Shown one piece after another: positions 9,655 through 20,243 of a DNA stretch of 64,000 nt (positions are counted from its first letter, which is position 1; the number at the start of each line of letters is the position of its first letter). The position numbers and the translations under genes were made by a program. The stretch comes from an uncultured Chlamydiae bacterium. GTDB taxonomy: Bacteria; Chlamydiota; Chlamydiia; Chlamydiales; Parachlamydiaceae. The notes under the pieces were generated by a model. The model made no database searches and was not told where the DNA came from. It was given only the letters and a program-made list of their open reading frames with translations. Location of the stretch: positions 1-64,000 of the forward strand of contig CAWHMU010000031.1 of assembly GCA_963830365.1 (NCBI GenBank), given 5' to 3'.

Positions 9655-11709
9655 ATGGAAAAAATATGTTTTGCGCTCGCGCTATTGATACCCATATTAG
9701 CGCCGGCGGATACAATGTTAGATCTTTTAAGGATCGTGCCTGCCGCACAATCACAGGACTATGTAGCCAATAAAAAGCAGTTTCAGCTCCACACGCTAAT
9801 TACCGAACAGCGCCATCCTAAAACATGGGATTTAAGCCAAATCATCCAAACTGATACGCTGGCCGGTATCCAGGCTTTGCTGAGTGTTGATACCGATATC
9901 GCTCAGAAATTTATCGCACTTTCAGATCATACAACCCTATTGGATCAGGCTGCCTCGGCGGTAAAAAAAGCTATTTTAGAAAACAAAAAAGTCTATATCT
10001 ACGGCTGTGGCGCTACCGGCAGACTGGCCAAACAGATGGAAAGCTCTTTTTGGCGTCCTTTTTGGAAAATGATGCAATCCCTCCCCCATTGGGAAGCTAT
10101 TAAAAGCTCTTTTCCGGATATTGAAAACCGTCTGATCGGTGAGATGACCGGCGCCGACCGTGCTCTGATAAGTTCTTTAGAAGGCTTTGAAGATCTGCAG
10201 CTGATTGGGGCATTACAGCTTGAAGATCATCGCGTGCAACGGGGAGATGCGGTTTTTGCCATCACCGAAGGCGGAGAAACATCCTCAGTAATCGGCACCA
10301 TCTTAGCCGCCCTGAGACAGTACCCTGAAAATGATGCCAACAGCGCTACCGAAGCCCAACAGCGTCTCTATTTCATCTATAATAATCCCGACCAGGTGCT
10401 GCTGCCATATGATAGAAGCCGCAGTGTCATTGAGAACCAAGCCATCACCAAAATCTGTCTTTGCACAGGACCGCAAGCGATTACGGGTTCTACCAGAATG
10501 CAGGCCACGACGAGTGAGACTTTTGTCATGGGCATTATCCTTGAGCAAGCCCTCTATGAATTGCTTGAACCTCATCTTTCATCCACCGAGCTGGCAGAGC
10601 TGGGTTTCCAGGCCTCCAACATGCAGGAGAGACTGTTGAGCTTTTTAGCAGTGCAACAAGCCGTGAATGCATCCAGGGAGGCGCTCAGTCTGTTGACTGA
10701 TCTGGAAGCTGCGACCTGCCGCAATAATGGCTTTTCGACATATTTTGCAGAGGCGGCGCTGATGACGGTGTTTACCGATTCCACCGAACGCTCTCCTACC
10801 TTCAGGCTCTCTCCACTGGATACTTATGACGCCGCGCCAAGAAAGTCGTGGGTGCAGGTATGGACACCGGCGGTAGATAAGCTTAGCGCCTGGAAAAGCT
10901 TATTGGGACGCCCCTTTTATGGTCTGGAGAAGGAATTCTATGCCCAACAATTTTCGCAAGGCATTGAAGATGCCTATTTAAAAGCGATGGCTCTCAAAAG
11001 CTTGGATAAAGCAGGTAATGAGCAGCAGTACCTGTATGACTTTTCCTATTCCCAAGCAAACGTAGCTGCGCATGGCCCGCAGCAAAATGATTTGGGCGTC
11101 ATGGTCCTTTTTGCCGATGAAATAGCTCAATTGACCGATGACTTTTCACCATTTAAGAGCTGGCTGAAAACTTTTGCCGACAAGCAGGCCAAACTGGCCG
11201 TGATCTTGCTGCCTGCTGAGCTGCTGCCTGTTGAAAATGCTGCCATGCAAGCTATCCATGCGATGGCGCCGGACATACTCGTCTTGCAATTGCCACTAGA
11301 TATTAGCCGGGATCCTTTGAAGCTACGTCAGCATGTGGGCTTGAAAATGCTGCTCAATGCCCATTCCACCGGCGTGATGGCGAAATTGGGCAGAGTTGTC
11401 GGCAATACCATGACCAGTGTCAATCCCGGCAATTTAAAACTGATCGGCCGCGCCACCTTCCTGATTTTTAGCCATGTGAACGATAAGCTCTCTCCCGTAG
11501 ACAAAATCTCCTACGCCGAAGCCAATGCTGTGCTTTTCGATGCCATTGCCTACGCGCAAAACACTCAGAAAACAGGCCAGAATAGCGAGGTCGGACTGAG
11601 TGTCATCCGCATTCTGGAAGCCTTGCGCCATAAAGCCTATATCTCTTGGGAAGAGACCGAAGCCATCTTGCTACAATGCGGACTCGAGGCGTATTTAAAC
11701 ACATTTTAA
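9655..11709 (+). CDS. Double-SIS MurQ/glucokinase-regulatory-protein-like protein with predicted signal peptide
   Basis: ITEQRHP, YIYGCGATGRL, TGPQAITGSTRMQATT, DSTERSPTF and KMLLNAHSTGVMAKLGRVVGNTM...NLKLIGRA. 684 aa with a hydrophobic N-terminus. Confidence 0.75.
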   Translation: MEKICFALALLIPILAPADTMLDLLRIVPAAQSQDYVANKKQFQLHTLITEQRHPKTWDLSQIIQTDTLAGIQALLSVDTDIAQKFIALSDHTTLLDQAASAVKKAILENKKVYIYGCGATGRLAKQMESSFWRPFWKMMQSLPHWEAIKSSFPDIENRLIGEMTGADRALISSLEGFEDLQLIGALQLEDHRVQRGDAVFAITEGGETSSVIGTILAALRQYPENDANSATEAQQRLYFIYNNPDQVLLPYDRSRSVIENQAITKICLCTGPQAITGSTRMQATTSETFVMGIILEQALYELLEPHLSSTELAELGFQASNMQERLLSFLAVQQAVNASREALSLLTDLEAATCRNNGFSTYFAEAALMTVFTDSTERSPTFRLSPLDTYDAAPRKSWVQVWTPAVDKLSAWKSLLGRPFYGLEKEFYAQQFSQGIEDAYLKAMALKSLDKAGNEQQYLYDFSYSQANVAAHGPQQNDLGVMVLFADEIAQLTDDFSPFKSWLKTFADKQAKLAVILLPAELLPVENAAMQAIHAMAPDILVLQLPLDISRDPLKLRQHVGLKMLLNAHSTGVMAKLGRVVGNTMTSVNPGNLKLIGRATFLIFSHVNDKLSPVDKISYAEANAVLFDAIAYAQNTQKTGQNSEVGLSVIRILEALRHKAYISWEETEAILLQCGLEAYLNTF

Positions 11710-11726
11710 CTGGTAGACATGTAGAA

Positions 11727-12668
11727 ATGATGAGAATTATTGTTGATAATATAATAGCGAGAATTTTAGCTGATGACGCCACCAAATTGCTGAAACAGCC
11801 ATTGCTAGCAAATTTGGACAATCGCATAAGTTTTGGGTGGCCGGCTTTGCTGGCATATTTGGGGTGTGGTGAGATATTGTCAAATCTTCCCGCCTTTGAT
11901 GCAGACAAGCCCCTTTTCCAGGCTTGCCTTGCGACGTTATATGCCAGCCAAGAAAAAGAAGTTTTGTTCCATGTGTATGATCATCTTTTTGCAGAGAATT
12001 TGAATCAAATCAAGGCGCTGCCACAAATCAATGCACCGTTCCTGCTCCAGGCTATAAGGGACCAGCGGGCAAAGGCTTCCTTTGTGGAAGCCGCCAAGAT
12101 TCTATCGCCTGCTTTGGGAGTCAAAGAAACGGCGTTAATATTGAATCCTTCCCAAGTTATGCATGATCTCATCCTTTATCTGGCCTGGGATCGCATGTGC
12201 GTGTGTATGGCGCGTATATTTAATCATCAATCGCCAGATCCCAAATTCATCCATGGCATTGCCGTTATGCAAGACTGTCTGGTCGAATCCTATCAGCATA
12301 TCAAGCAGCATGGACGTACGTCTCCAGGCATTTATCGGCTGCTGGAGGCGCTTTTTTTCTATCATATGCGCGAAGAGCATATTAATAATCATTCAGACGC
12401 AGAGTGGGCCTTGTTAAGTCGAAGCTTTAACGCCCTGAAAGCCGATGAGGAACTGATGGATATGGCTTACATCGATGATGCAGTCATCATGCGTGAAAAG
12501 TTAGGCATTGAAGAAGAAAATCCGGCATGCTATTTGACCCTAGATTCTGCTGATATTGTCAACGCCAGGCTAGCGCTAACTAACTTCATGCTGGCCAAAT
12601 TAACCGCTGAAGTCCCTCAGTGGAGCTATGTGCTGCGCCCAACGCAAATCGTCCACTTAAGCTTGTGA
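11727..12668 (+). CDS. Hypothetical protein
   Basis: Uninterrupted ORF of about 313 aa starting 18 nt after the previous stop. No family recognised. Confidence 0.7.
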   Translation: MMRIIVDNIIARILADDATKLLKQPLLANLDNRISFGWPALLAYLGCGEILSNLPAFDADKPLFQACLATLYASQEKEVLFHVYDHLFAENLNQIKALPQINAPFLLQAIRDQRAKASFVEAAKILSPALGVKETALILNPSQVMHDLILYLAWDRMCVCMARIFNHQSPDPKFIHGIAVMQDCLVESYQHIKQHGRTSPGIYRLLEALFFYHMREEHINNHSDAEWALLSRSFNALKADEELMDMAYIDDAVIMREKLGIEEENPACYLTLDSADIVNARLALTNFMLAKLTAEVPQWSYVLRPTQIVHLSL

Positions 12669-12724
12669 TGAGTAAGCGTCAAATGAAGCCATATAATGAT
12701 AAATTCCGAGATGGTATAGAGTTG

Positions 12725-14294
12725 TTATTTTGAGGGGGATGAATTTCGTGACGCTACCCAATTATCAGGGAGTAATTCGTCGAGTCTGTTTGCACTGTGG
12801 CTCATCAGTCTACGCATCACATCCTCGAGATATTCTCGGGGGTTGACACCAAGAGCACGGCAGGTTTGGACCAGTGAATAAATAACTGCTGCGGCATCTC
12901 CACCATCTTCGTTTCCAACGAATAGCCAATTTTTACGACCGATAGCCAGCGGGCGAACAGCGCGTTCGGCAACATTGTTGTCCAATCTTGCAAATGGGTG
13001 GTAGATATAATTTTTCATATGGGGAATTAGTCCACAGAAATATCCCAAGGCTTCTTTTAGCTTCGATTTTGGTAAAATTTTTCCATTAATGAGTTTTTCT
13101 TTGATTGCTTTGATTAACTCATCAATAATCGGTTCTTCTTTTTCTTTGCGGATATTCAGTCTTTCTGATGAACTCCGCTTCCAAGCAACCTTCTCAAACA
13201 TAAACAGGTAACGAGTCTTTCTTAAAACCCATGCACGGAATTCGGGATTTCCCGTTTCAGCCTCAATAAACTTACGTCGGATATGACTCCAGCAGGGACA
13301 CCATGTGAATTGCTTTGCATTTGCCAGAGCTTCATACCCTCCATACTTATCTGAGTGTAATACCCCTCGATATCCTTGTAAGAGATCAATTACATTACTG
13401 TGTTTTCTATTCTCATAAAACTCATAGATACGGTAAGGAGGATCTTTTACTAGCCCTCCGGCCAACACCCACATGTAACCTGTTTGGGTTTTCCCCGTAC
13501 CTGGAGCCAACATTCTGACCGGTGTTTCATCGACAAAAACATTTCCGCTTTCCAGAATTTTATGAGCCATTGCTTCATGTAGCGGCTTTAAAGCCATGCC
13601 AGCCCGGACAACCCACTGACAAAGGACTTGCCGACTAATCATGATCCCTTCACGGGAAAGAATTTCGCTTTGTCTATATAAAGGTAAATGATCGCCGAAT
13701 TTCTTAACTAACATATCTGCTAAAAAGCTTTCGTCAGCTACACATCGTTGTAGAAGCGCTTCTGGCAAAGGAGCTGTCATTACCCCTGCGTCGGGTTTTT
13801 TTCGAAGCGGCATATTTGGGACGAATGATTTCTTTGATGAAGAAGCTGCCTGGCTTGTGAGCTAGTTTACGAGTTACTTCTTCGCCGATTTTGACCAAAG
13901 ATTGACCAGTTTCCTGACATATTTTTTCTTCCTCAGAAAGATCTATAACTTGCCGTTCAACTGGAAGATTCTCGGGAAGAGTGATTTTATCTTTGCCGTT
14001 GCGATTTGTTTTTTTACGTTTGTGTGCGGGAACATCTTGCAGATCCTCTTTCGTCTGAGAAGTCGGCGATTCCAATCCCGGCAAAGAAAGCTGCTCTTCA
14101 TTCAAATTTGCAACAACTTTTTCTGAGCGCTGTCCAAAGATTTGACGACGGAACCACTCAAGCTGCTCTTTCAAAACACTGAGTTCGCTTTTTAGCGATT
14201 CATTTTCGCTTCTCAATAGAGAAGATTCAGTCAGGTGTTGTTCTAATGTTGATGTAGACGTTAACATAAGCTCCATGTTATACCATAAAGGCAC
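12725..14294 (-). CDS. tnpC: IS66 transposase TnpC; frameshift at an A7 run near 13800
   Basis: RRQIFGQRSEK, KFGDHLPLYRQ, VDETPV, SDKYGGY, CWSHIRRKF, DNNVAERAVRPLAIGRKNWLF. Confidence 0.92.
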
Positions 14295-14351
14295 TAATAA
14301 GGAACTTATGTTTGCAATACAATGCGAAAAAACAGTTACTTAAAGAGCTCT

Positions 14352-14684
14352 TCAATTTGTCTTAAAACGTTTTTGCATCCGATGCGGAGTAACCCCTTCA
14401 AGCAGCATTAAAAACTCTCTCCGCTCCATCAACGACTTATCAATGTTTCTACTGGGAAATGTTCCTTTTTCAAGCCGTTTGTACCAAATAGCCAGCCCAT
14501 CACCATCCCAGTACAATACTTTCATTCGATCACGCCGTTTGTTCAAGAAAATAAAATAACCACCTCCAGTAACATCCTGTTTAAAGAAAACTTCGACGAT
14601 AAAGCATAAACCTTCAAAACCTTTACGCAAATCAATCGGATCTCTGTGGAGGAAAAAACGGGTGTCACCCGCAAGAGCCAACAT
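14352..14684 (-). CDS. tnpB: IS66 accessory protein TnpB
   Basis: PIDLRKGFEGL, KVLYWDGDGLAIWYKRLEKGTF. Confidence 0.92.
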   Translation of the reverse strand: MLALAGDTRFFLHRDPIDLRKGFEGLCFIVEVFFKQDVTGGGYFIFLNKRRDRMKVLYWDGDGLAIWYKRLEKGTFPSRNIDKSLMERREFLMLLEGVTPHRMQKRFKTN

Positions 14685-14998
14685 CAGATCCTCCGCAAGG
14701 TTTTCAAACAGCTAAGCAACGACTCTGGATGGAAATCTTTGGCAAGTCGTACGGTAATGCCATAGTAGTCGATAGAGACTCCAGAGGTCGAATCCTCGCT
14801 ATCAAAAAGCTCTACAAATTTGCTTTGAGTTTGGACTGGATTTATTTTGGAAGGCATTATTTTTTTGCGCCAGTAATAGAAGACATGAATAGCTATTGCT
14901 CGTTCTCGGCACCAAACGGCAATAGTCTGACCGCTAGCATGCCATTGTTCAAGCCTGTGCTTCCATTGATTTGTCAGAGCCTCTTTCGCTGCAGGCAT
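14684..14998 (-). CDS. tnpA: IS66 accessory protein TnpA (HTH)
   Basis: WHASGQTIAVWCRE...FYYWRKK. AAGGAGG RBS precedes the ATG at 14998. Confidence 0.85.
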   Translation of the reverse strand: MPAAKEALTNQWKHRLEQWHASGQTIAVWCRERAIAIHVFYYWRKKIMPSKINPVQTQSKFVELFDSEDSTSGVSIDYYGITVRLAKDFHPESLLSCLKTLRRI

Positions 14999-15140
14999 GG
15001 TACCCTCCTTTGTTTGGAGATCCAACATACTCTATTGATCAGAAGCGAAACAGATGGCTACATTTGACGCTTACATGCCACCAGCAAGCGGATTTCACCA
15101 CAGAGGCACAGAGTCACAGAGAAGGTCGGGAAAACCTCAT

Positions 15141-15339
15141 AGGTACGTATTTGTTTGATGAACCGATTTTGATTTGTATATTCTCGATTTGATTGGTATG
15201 GTGCAACACTAAAGCAGGCATGTTAAATTCATTTTCACTTCAAGAGACCTAATAGATGTCTGCTTCTCTTTTTTCAACCATTTCAAACTAATCCATTTTC
15301 CCCATTCTCTAGGACAGGTACTCATTTGCGTGATGAGCC
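15141..15339 (-). mobile_element. ISL3 remnants: an isolated IR plus a left end with the first transposase codons
   Basis: aggtacgtatttgtttgatgaacc (15141-15164) and aggtactcatttgcgtgatgagcc (ending 15339). The minus strand reads MPALVLHHTNQIENIQI, matching MPASLLYHTNQIEDVQV of the ISL3 at 24395. Confidence 0.8.
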
Positions 15340-15397
15340 ACAATTATGAGGTCTTACGCGCGCGGATGATTTAAAAAATATTATTACTAGACCCCAT

Positions 15398-16468
15398 TCA
15401 GCGGCGCATAGAGCGATAAAGCAAAACAGCCAAGGTTATAACAGTCAGCGGGATTACAAACTCTGCCATTATTTTACTAAATGTCGGCAGCAAATCATGG
15501 TTTTTTGCAGCCATTACTAAATATGTAGTATAGGCTAGGTAGTACCCTACGAAAAGACCACCTTCCCAGCGTGAAATCTTATGACCTATGAAAAAAATGG
15601 GCAGGCAGGCGATGCAAGCAGCGATGGCGATTGGCAGGTCGAATCGTATGACTGCAGGGGCTACAGCGAGGCCATCAGGTGCAACTAAGCCTGCCGCACC
15701 GATGTTGCCAAGTACATTGAATATGCAGCTCCCTACGACATTGCCAAGAGCGATGTCTCTTTGCCCTTTGATCGTTGCCAAAATGGAGGTCACAGCTTCA
15801 GGAAGGGAGGTGCTGGCTGCAACAATGGTGATGCCTATGACAAGTTCGCTTACGCCTATTGCCCGCGCTAATATAACGGAGCTGTCCAAAAGCCACCCTG
15901 CTCCAAGCACACAAAAAACCAACCCTGCCACGACGAGTCCCAGCTGTTTAACGATGGTTGACACCGTTGCTTTAGGCGTTTTTGGTAAAAATGCGTCTTT
16001 GTACTCCTTTGTTACAGCTTTGGTTTCTTTGCGTCCCTTGCAGATAGCGAAGTACACATAAGCAACAAGACCCGAGAATAATAGCAAACCATCCCACCGG
16101 CCGATCTTGCCATCCAAACACATTGCAAAGAGTAGTAGATGCGCCCCAATCATGATGGGCACTTCAAACCAAATCAACTGTTGATGTACGACAAGAGGGG
16201 CTATTAGGGCGCAGCATCCAAGGATAAAAAGTATATTGAGGATTGTACTGCCTATATTGGTGCCAAGGATCAAATCAGGATGATTCGTCAAGGCGGCTTT
16301 TATACTCACCGCAAGTTCCGGCGCACTCGTGCCAAAGCCCACAACCGTTAGCCCTATCACCAATGGAGATATGCCGAGCTCCACTCCCAAACGCGATGCG
16401 CCCCGGATCAATAGTTCCGCCCCCAATGGCAGAACTATTAAGCCCCCAAACAACATCAATAGGACCAT
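15398..16468 (-). CDS. Ca2+/Na+ antiporter (YrbG family)
   Basis: Duplicated alpha repeats GTSAPEL...GTNIGSTILN and STSLPEA...GNVVGSCIFN. Confidence 0.92.
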   Translation of the reverse strand: MVLLMLFGGLIVLPLGAELLIRGASRLGVELGISPLVIGLTVVGFGTSAPELAVSIKAALTNHPDLILGTNIGSTILNILFILGCCALIAPLVVHQQLIWFEVPIMIGAHLLLFAMCLDGKIGRWDGLLLFSGLVAYVYFAICKGRKETKAVTKEYKDAFLPKTPKATVSTIVKQLGLVVAGLVFCVLGAGWLLDSSVILARAIGVSELVIGITIVAASTSLPEAVTSILATIKGQRDIALGNVVGSCIFNVLGNIGAAGLVAPDGLAVAPAVIRFDLPIAIAACIACLPIFFIGHKISRWEGGLFVGYYLAYTTYLVMAAKNHDLLPTFSKIMAEFVIPLTVITLAVLLYRSMRR

Positions 16469-16500
16469 GTCTCACTCCGCTCGTTACAACCAATACCGCA

Positions 16501-16635
16501 ATATACCATGCTATAGTGAGAATTTGACATATTGGACTGCGCGAAAGCTCCCGCGGTGCCTAGCAACTTACGATGATGCAACCCCGGGGCTTTGGCGCGT
16601 CCAATATGTCAAATTCTCACTATATCATGGTATAT
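16501..16635. repeat. 135-bp palindromic element (MITE/RPE-like)
   Basis: 37-bp inverted arms 16501-16537 and 16599-16635 with one mismatch; the core also pairs. A related single arm lies at 38020-38048. Confidence 0.8.
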
Positions 16636-16915
16636 ATTCTAATAGCCGTATATCTACATCATAAAACATTAGCCCGAGCTTCCTTGATATTTCCGAGTGT
16701 GCTGTAAGGATTTCTGGCTAAGGCCAGTGATATTTTCGCTGTGTCTCGATGTCTCTGTGGTGCAATCTTTTAATCTTTGCTTTCACAGGGTACTAATTAT
16801 TAGACACCCCTCGACTACCGTTTCTTGGTTAATTGGCCGAATAGGTTGCAACGTATCCCCTTTTGTGAAATAATCACAGGTGATTCTAGACACTTTATGA
16901 TAATATACCACTTAT

Positions 16916-18757
16916 ATGACCCTACTGCTGAACTGCCACTCCCTTTCAAAAGCCTATGGCGCCCGCCAACTATTTACGGATATCGCCCTCGGCATCTTCC
17001 GCGGAGACAAAATCGGACTGATAGGTCCTAACGGGGCGGGTAAATCGACACTATTGAAAATCCTGGCCGGCATCGAAGCCCCAAACAGCGGCACCGTCTC
17101 GGCGCGCAAATCGCTGCGCATTGCCTATGTGCCGCAGTCCAGCGAATATCCGGCTGAACCAATCGAAGATATCGTACTCAAAGCCTTTTTGCCCGACCAT
17201 GTGATGCCGTTGCATGAACGTGAAACACAAGTCAGCATTCTGCTTTCCAAACTAGGCTTCAAGAATACCACTCAGCAGGCTAACGTATTGTCCGGGGGCT
17301 GGAAAAAAAGACTCGATATCGCCAAACAACTCATCAACGCCCCAGACGTCCTCTTTCTGGATGAGCCCACTAACCACCTCGACCTCGAAGGAATCGTGTG
17401 GCTGGAGAAGTTCCTCAAAGGGGAATCTGTGGCCTTCATCGTCACCAGCCACGATAGATATTTCCTGCAGAATGTCGCCACGCGCATGATGGAGCTAAAC
17501 CCCATCTACCCGCAAGGGATCTTCAGCGCCGAAGGCAGCTATAACGATTTCATCGACCGGCGGGCCGACTTTCTCGCCCAGCAGCTGCAAACTGAACGCG
17601 CGCTAGCTTCCAAAGTGCGCGATGAAATCGACTGGCTGCGCCGGTCTCCCAAAGCCCGGACTACCAAATCGCAGGCCCGCGTACAGGAAGCCGGCCGGCT
17701 GATTCAGGAGCTTTCCGAAGTGCGCGGCCGCAACAAGCAGGCTACCTCCAAAATCGATTTCGAAGCCACGGACCGGCAAACGCGCAAGCTGCTCACCGTC
17801 AAGAATGTATCTAAGTCGCTTGACGGACGCCTGCTCTTCTCCGGCCTTGATTTCAATTTTGCCCCTGGCATGCGCGTCGGCATCGTAGGTCCCAACGGCT
17901 GCGGCAAAACGACGCTGCTGAAGATCTTTGCCGGCGAGCTTGCGCCCGATACCGGCACCGTCAAACATGCCGATGGATTGCGCATCGTCTATTTCGACCA
18001 GCATCGCCAGCTGCTATGTCCCACCGACACCCTGCGCCAAGCGCTATCGCCGCATAGCGACACCGTCGTCTACCGCGGACAAAATATCCATGTCAACTCA
18101 TGGGCCAAACGTTTTCTTTTTTCTCCCGATCGGCTCGATCTGCCTGTCAAGCAGCTCTCAGGTGGTGAACGCGCCCGTATCGGCATCGCCCGCTTGATGC
18201 TCCAGCCGGCAGATCTTTTGCTGCTCGATGAACCGACCAATGATCTTGATATCGTCACTTTGGAGACGCTTGAAGAAAGCTTGCGCGAATTTCCCGGCGC
18301 CATCGCGCTGATTACCCATGATCGGGCTTTATTAGACAATGTAGTCTCCTGCGTGATTGGCTTGGGGTTTCCGGAAGAGGTGCCGATCTTAGCGGACTAT
18401 CATCAATGGGAGGACTTTGTTAGCCAGCAGCAGCGCAAAGCTAAACAAGCACCATTACCGCTAAAAAAAGAAGAGACTAAAAGCCCGCTGCCGGCTCCTG
18501 TTTCTGCTGTTTCTGCTGCGCCGGTAAAACTCTCATACAAAGAAAAAAGCGAACTCGACGGCATGGAAGCAGCCATCCTTAAACTCGAACAGGAAATCGC
18601 GCGGCTGGAAAAGACGATGCAAGAACATACTGCCACTAATGATATGACAGCGCTACAGCAAGTGTGCCAACAACTCGAAATTGCGCATAAGCAGTTGGAT
18701 AGCGCGTTCCACCGCTGGCAAGAGCTTGAAGCTAAAGTTAAAGGTCTACAAAAGTAA
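16916..18757 (+). CDS. ABC-F family ATPase (Uup-like)
   Basis: Two nucleotide-binding domains (GPNGAGKST/LSGGW/LDEPTN and GPNGCGKTT/LSGGE/LDEPTN), no transmembrane segments, C-terminal coiled coil KLSYKEKSEL. Confidence 0.92.
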   Translation: MTLLLNCHSLSKAYGARQLFTDIALGIFRGDKIGLIGPNGAGKSTLLKILAGIEAPNSGTVSARKSLRIAYVPQSSEYPAEPIEDIVLKAFLPDHVMPLHERETQVSILLSKLGFKNTTQQANVLSGGWKKRLDIAKQLINAPDVLFLDEPTNHLDLEGIVWLEKFLKGESVAFIVTSHDRYFLQNVATRMMELNPIYPQGIFSAEGSYNDFIDRRADFLAQQLQTERALASKVRDEIDWLRRSPKARTTKSQARVQEAGRLIQELSEVRGRNKQATSKIDFEATDRQTRKLLTVKNVSKSLDGRLLFSGLDFNFAPGMRVGIVGPNGCGKTTLLKIFAGELAPDTGTVKHADGLRIVYFDQHRQLLCPTDTLRQALSPHSDTVVYRGQNIHVNSWAKRFLFSPDRLDLPVKQLSGGERARIGIARLMLQPADLLLLDEPTNDLDIVTLETLEESLREFPGAIALITHDRALLDNVVSCVIGLGFPEEVPILADYHQWEDFVSQQQRKAKQAPLPLKKEETKSPLPAPVSAVSAAPVKLSYKEKSELDGMEAAILKLEQEIARLEKTMQEHTATNDMTALQQVCQQLEIAHKQLDSAFHRWQELEAKVKGLQK

Positions 18758-18774
18758 TCAACAAAGGATGGCAC

Positions 18775-20236
18775 ATGGCCGACTTTTCCTCCATTGACCT
18801 CACTGCCCTGGCTTATGAAGTGCTGTTGGAAAAGGGGTTTATCCCAGATTATCCCCAGCCGGTCCAGCAAGAAATTGCCAATTTGCAAGCCCCAACACTC
18901 CCCCTTGCCGATGTTGCGGCGCAAGAGCTGCGCCATTTGCTATGGTTTTCCGTCGATAATGACGACTCGCGCGATCTGGATCAGCTGACGTATGCCGAAA
19001 GCCTGCCTGAAGGCAAATGCAGAATCTATATCGCTGTCGCCGATGTCGATCTGTTAGTCAAACGCCACAGCGCCATCGACGCCCGCGCCGCCCAAAACAC
19101 AACCTCCGTCTATACCCCCACTAAGACTTTCCCAATGCTGCCAGAAACAGCTATCGACGGATCTGACGTCGCTAAATTCCGGGCAGGATCGCCTGGCGGT
19201 GATCTTTGAGGCCACACTTGCGCCAGAAGGCAACCTGCTGGAAGGGAAAATATATTTGGGATATGTCAACAACCATGCCAAACTTGCCTATAACGACGTC
19301 AGCGCCTGGCTGGATGGCAAAGAGGATATTCCCCTGCTGCCGGAAATGCCGGAAATGTCTGCACAGGTGCGCCTGCAGGATGAAATCGCCAAACGCATCG
19401 ATGTCCTGCGCCATAAGCATGGCGCGCTAAGTGTCGAAACCATCGAAGCCATAGCCGTCATTGAGGACGGCATCCCGGTGGAAATCAAAGCCGTCGTCAA
19501 AAACCGCGCCCGTACCATCATCGAAAATTTCATGATTATTGCCAACACCATCTCGGCCCAATATGCCGACGCCCATAATCTAATGTCATTAAGACGCGTG
19601 GTGACGATCCCTAAACGCTGGGACAAAATTGTCCAGGTGGCCGCCGAACTGAGCGAGGTACTGCCCGAAACCCCCGACGCTCAAGCCTTGGAAGCTTTTC
19701 TGGTAAAACAAAGGGCAGCCAATCCCGATACGTTTGCCGATTTATCGCTGATCATCATCAAGCTGCTAGGCAGGGGTGAATATCGCGTAGCTCTGCCCGG
19801 CAGATCCATCCCCGGCCACTTTGGCCTGGCTTTGCGCAACTATTCCCATTCCACAGCTCCCAACCGGCGCTACCCCGACCTCATCACCCAGCGCCTGTTA
19901 CTGGCCGCGCTGGCCAGCCAGCCGCAACCTTATGCACAGAAAGAGCTCGAAGCACTGGCGACCCATTGCACGCAGAAAGAGGATGATGCCGACAAGATCG
20001 AACGGCGCCTGAAAAAATCTGCCGCCGCTATCGTATTGACGCCATCCATCGGCAAGATATTTGATGCCATTGTCACCGGTACCGGCGAAAAGGGCACCTG
20101 GGTGCGCCTATTCACCCCTCCAGTCGAGGGTAAGCTTGTCCAAGGCACCAAAGGGGTCGATGTAGGCGACCGCATCCAGGTGAAATTGATCTACACCGAT
20201 GCGCGCGCCGGCTTCATCGACTTCTCAAGAGCCTAG
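18775..20236 (+). CDS. RNB-domain (RNase II/R family) exoribonuclease; frameshift near 19147
   Basis: SVDNDDSRDLDQ, IAVADV, IENFMIIAN, HFGLA..YSHSTAPNRRYPDL and a C-terminal S1 domain. Confidence 0.9.
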
Positions 20237-20243
20237 AGCCAAA

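Larger units (their letters stand above)
12672..15074 (-). mobile_element. IS66 family insertion sequence
   Basis: Terminal inverted repeats gtaagcgtcaaatgaagccat / atggctacatttgacgcttac enclose tnpA-tnpB-tnpC. The flanks do not show a target duplication. Confidence 0.93.

Noticed and set aside
13790..13813. Programmed frameshift at the A7 run in IS66 tnpC
   Set aside because: Cannot be told apart from the other indels in this region, and TnpC is normally one ORF.
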